Both the position numbers and the translations under genes were made by a program. The notes under the pieces are model-generated. The model was not told the origin of the DNA. It ran no database searches and saw only the letters and a program-made list of their open reading frames with translations. From assembly GCF_006345805.1 (NCBI RefSeq), contig NC_043011.1:3162001-3226000 (forward strand): a DNA stretch of 64,000 bases, read 5' to 3'. The first letter of the stretch is position 1, and each line of letters opens with the position of its first letter. The stretch is from Octopus sinensis. Taxonomy: Eukaryota. Of this stretch, positions 63,131-64,000 are shown in pieces.

Positions 63131-63439
63131 ACACACGCACACACACACACACACACACACAGATAGATAAAATCATAATCCTATAACATGTCCTTCTCTA
63201 CGCTTGTATGGATTAGATGGATTTTTTTTAAAGCAGATTTTCTATAGCCACATCCCTTTCCTGTCGTCAATCCTCACCTGTTCCCAAGCAAGGTAGTATT
63301 TCTCCATGACCAAACACATTTTTGCAGAATACTGGAAATGAATGCCATTGCTTGTATGTCAGACACAGTCATTTTACTACTATCATGCAATATCAAGAAA
63401 AAGAGATACATACACTCACTCTCACACACATACTTATAT

Positions 63440-63590
63440 AAATATACAAGACAGGCTTCTTTCAGTTTTCATTTGCTAAGTTTATTCACTAAGCTTTGGT
63501 CAACCTGGGGCTACAATAGAAGACACTTGCCCAAGGTGCCACACAGTGGGACTGGATGTGGAATGATATGGTTAGGAAGCAACCTTCTTA
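63440..63590 (-). mobile_element. Type A SINE, 5' module only
   Basis: Reverse match including AGACACTTGCCCAAGGTGCC. Confidence 0.75.
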
Positions 63591-64000
63591 CAGTTTGCTT
63601 CTACTGGAAAGAACAGATTCTGTTGTCAGGAAGTCTTTCTAATGCTAATTTGCAATATGCTTCCACATGAATGTTCATGGTTAAAAATGCAATCAGTGGC
63701 AGGGGCTTATAATGTTTTAGTGAGAAGTCTTGAAAATGAAATCTTTAAAACTGAAATCTTTCAAAAGGCATCATTAAATTGGTGTGAACAATGGATTAAC
63801 AACTCATTATATTAATTAATTAGTCCAAACTTACATCTCACGATTTCAAGTACCTCTATACAGCATAAATTACATCAGCTCTAACCCCTTAACTCTTTTA
63901 AACTGAACTGCTATCCTATACAATTATATAAAGGGAGTAAAGCAGTCGTAATTTATGATGCACGGAAGCATTTAAAATTCTAAAATCTAGGTCTAGACTA

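Overview
AT-rich, microsatellite-dense animal DNA with no prokaryotic features. The repeat families and microsatellite load look to me like an Octopus genome (inference from memory, not a database hit). Most of the window is transposon debris: about ten near-full-length copies of a tRNA/CORE-type SINE with an internal microsatellite, two other tRNA-SINE types, fragments of R4/Dong, RTE, CR1 and Penelope retroelements, three mariner elements (one nearly intact), a Tc1, an internally deleted Chapaev-like element, TTAA-flanked MITEs, Helitron-like repeats and a 5S rRNA-derived copy. Nearly all long ORFs in the track are microsatellite artefacts or TE remnants. Host-gene signal is weak: a CpG-rich promoter/first-exon candidate at about 5.47-5.71 kb and a few candidate exons that I could not join into a gene model. 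The most unusual structure is at 41.9-51.5 kb. There, (TAA)n tracts hold seven same-orientation copies of a ~550-bp non-coding element with fixed ends and no recognisable Pol III promoter, alongside several distinct R4/Dong LINEs. Also notable are an apparently perfect 183-bp-arm palindrome, Penelope-type hammerhead motifs, a 5S/SINE-tail chimera with a fold-back 5' end, and a SINE whose three TSD-flanked copies all sit at GGTAT.
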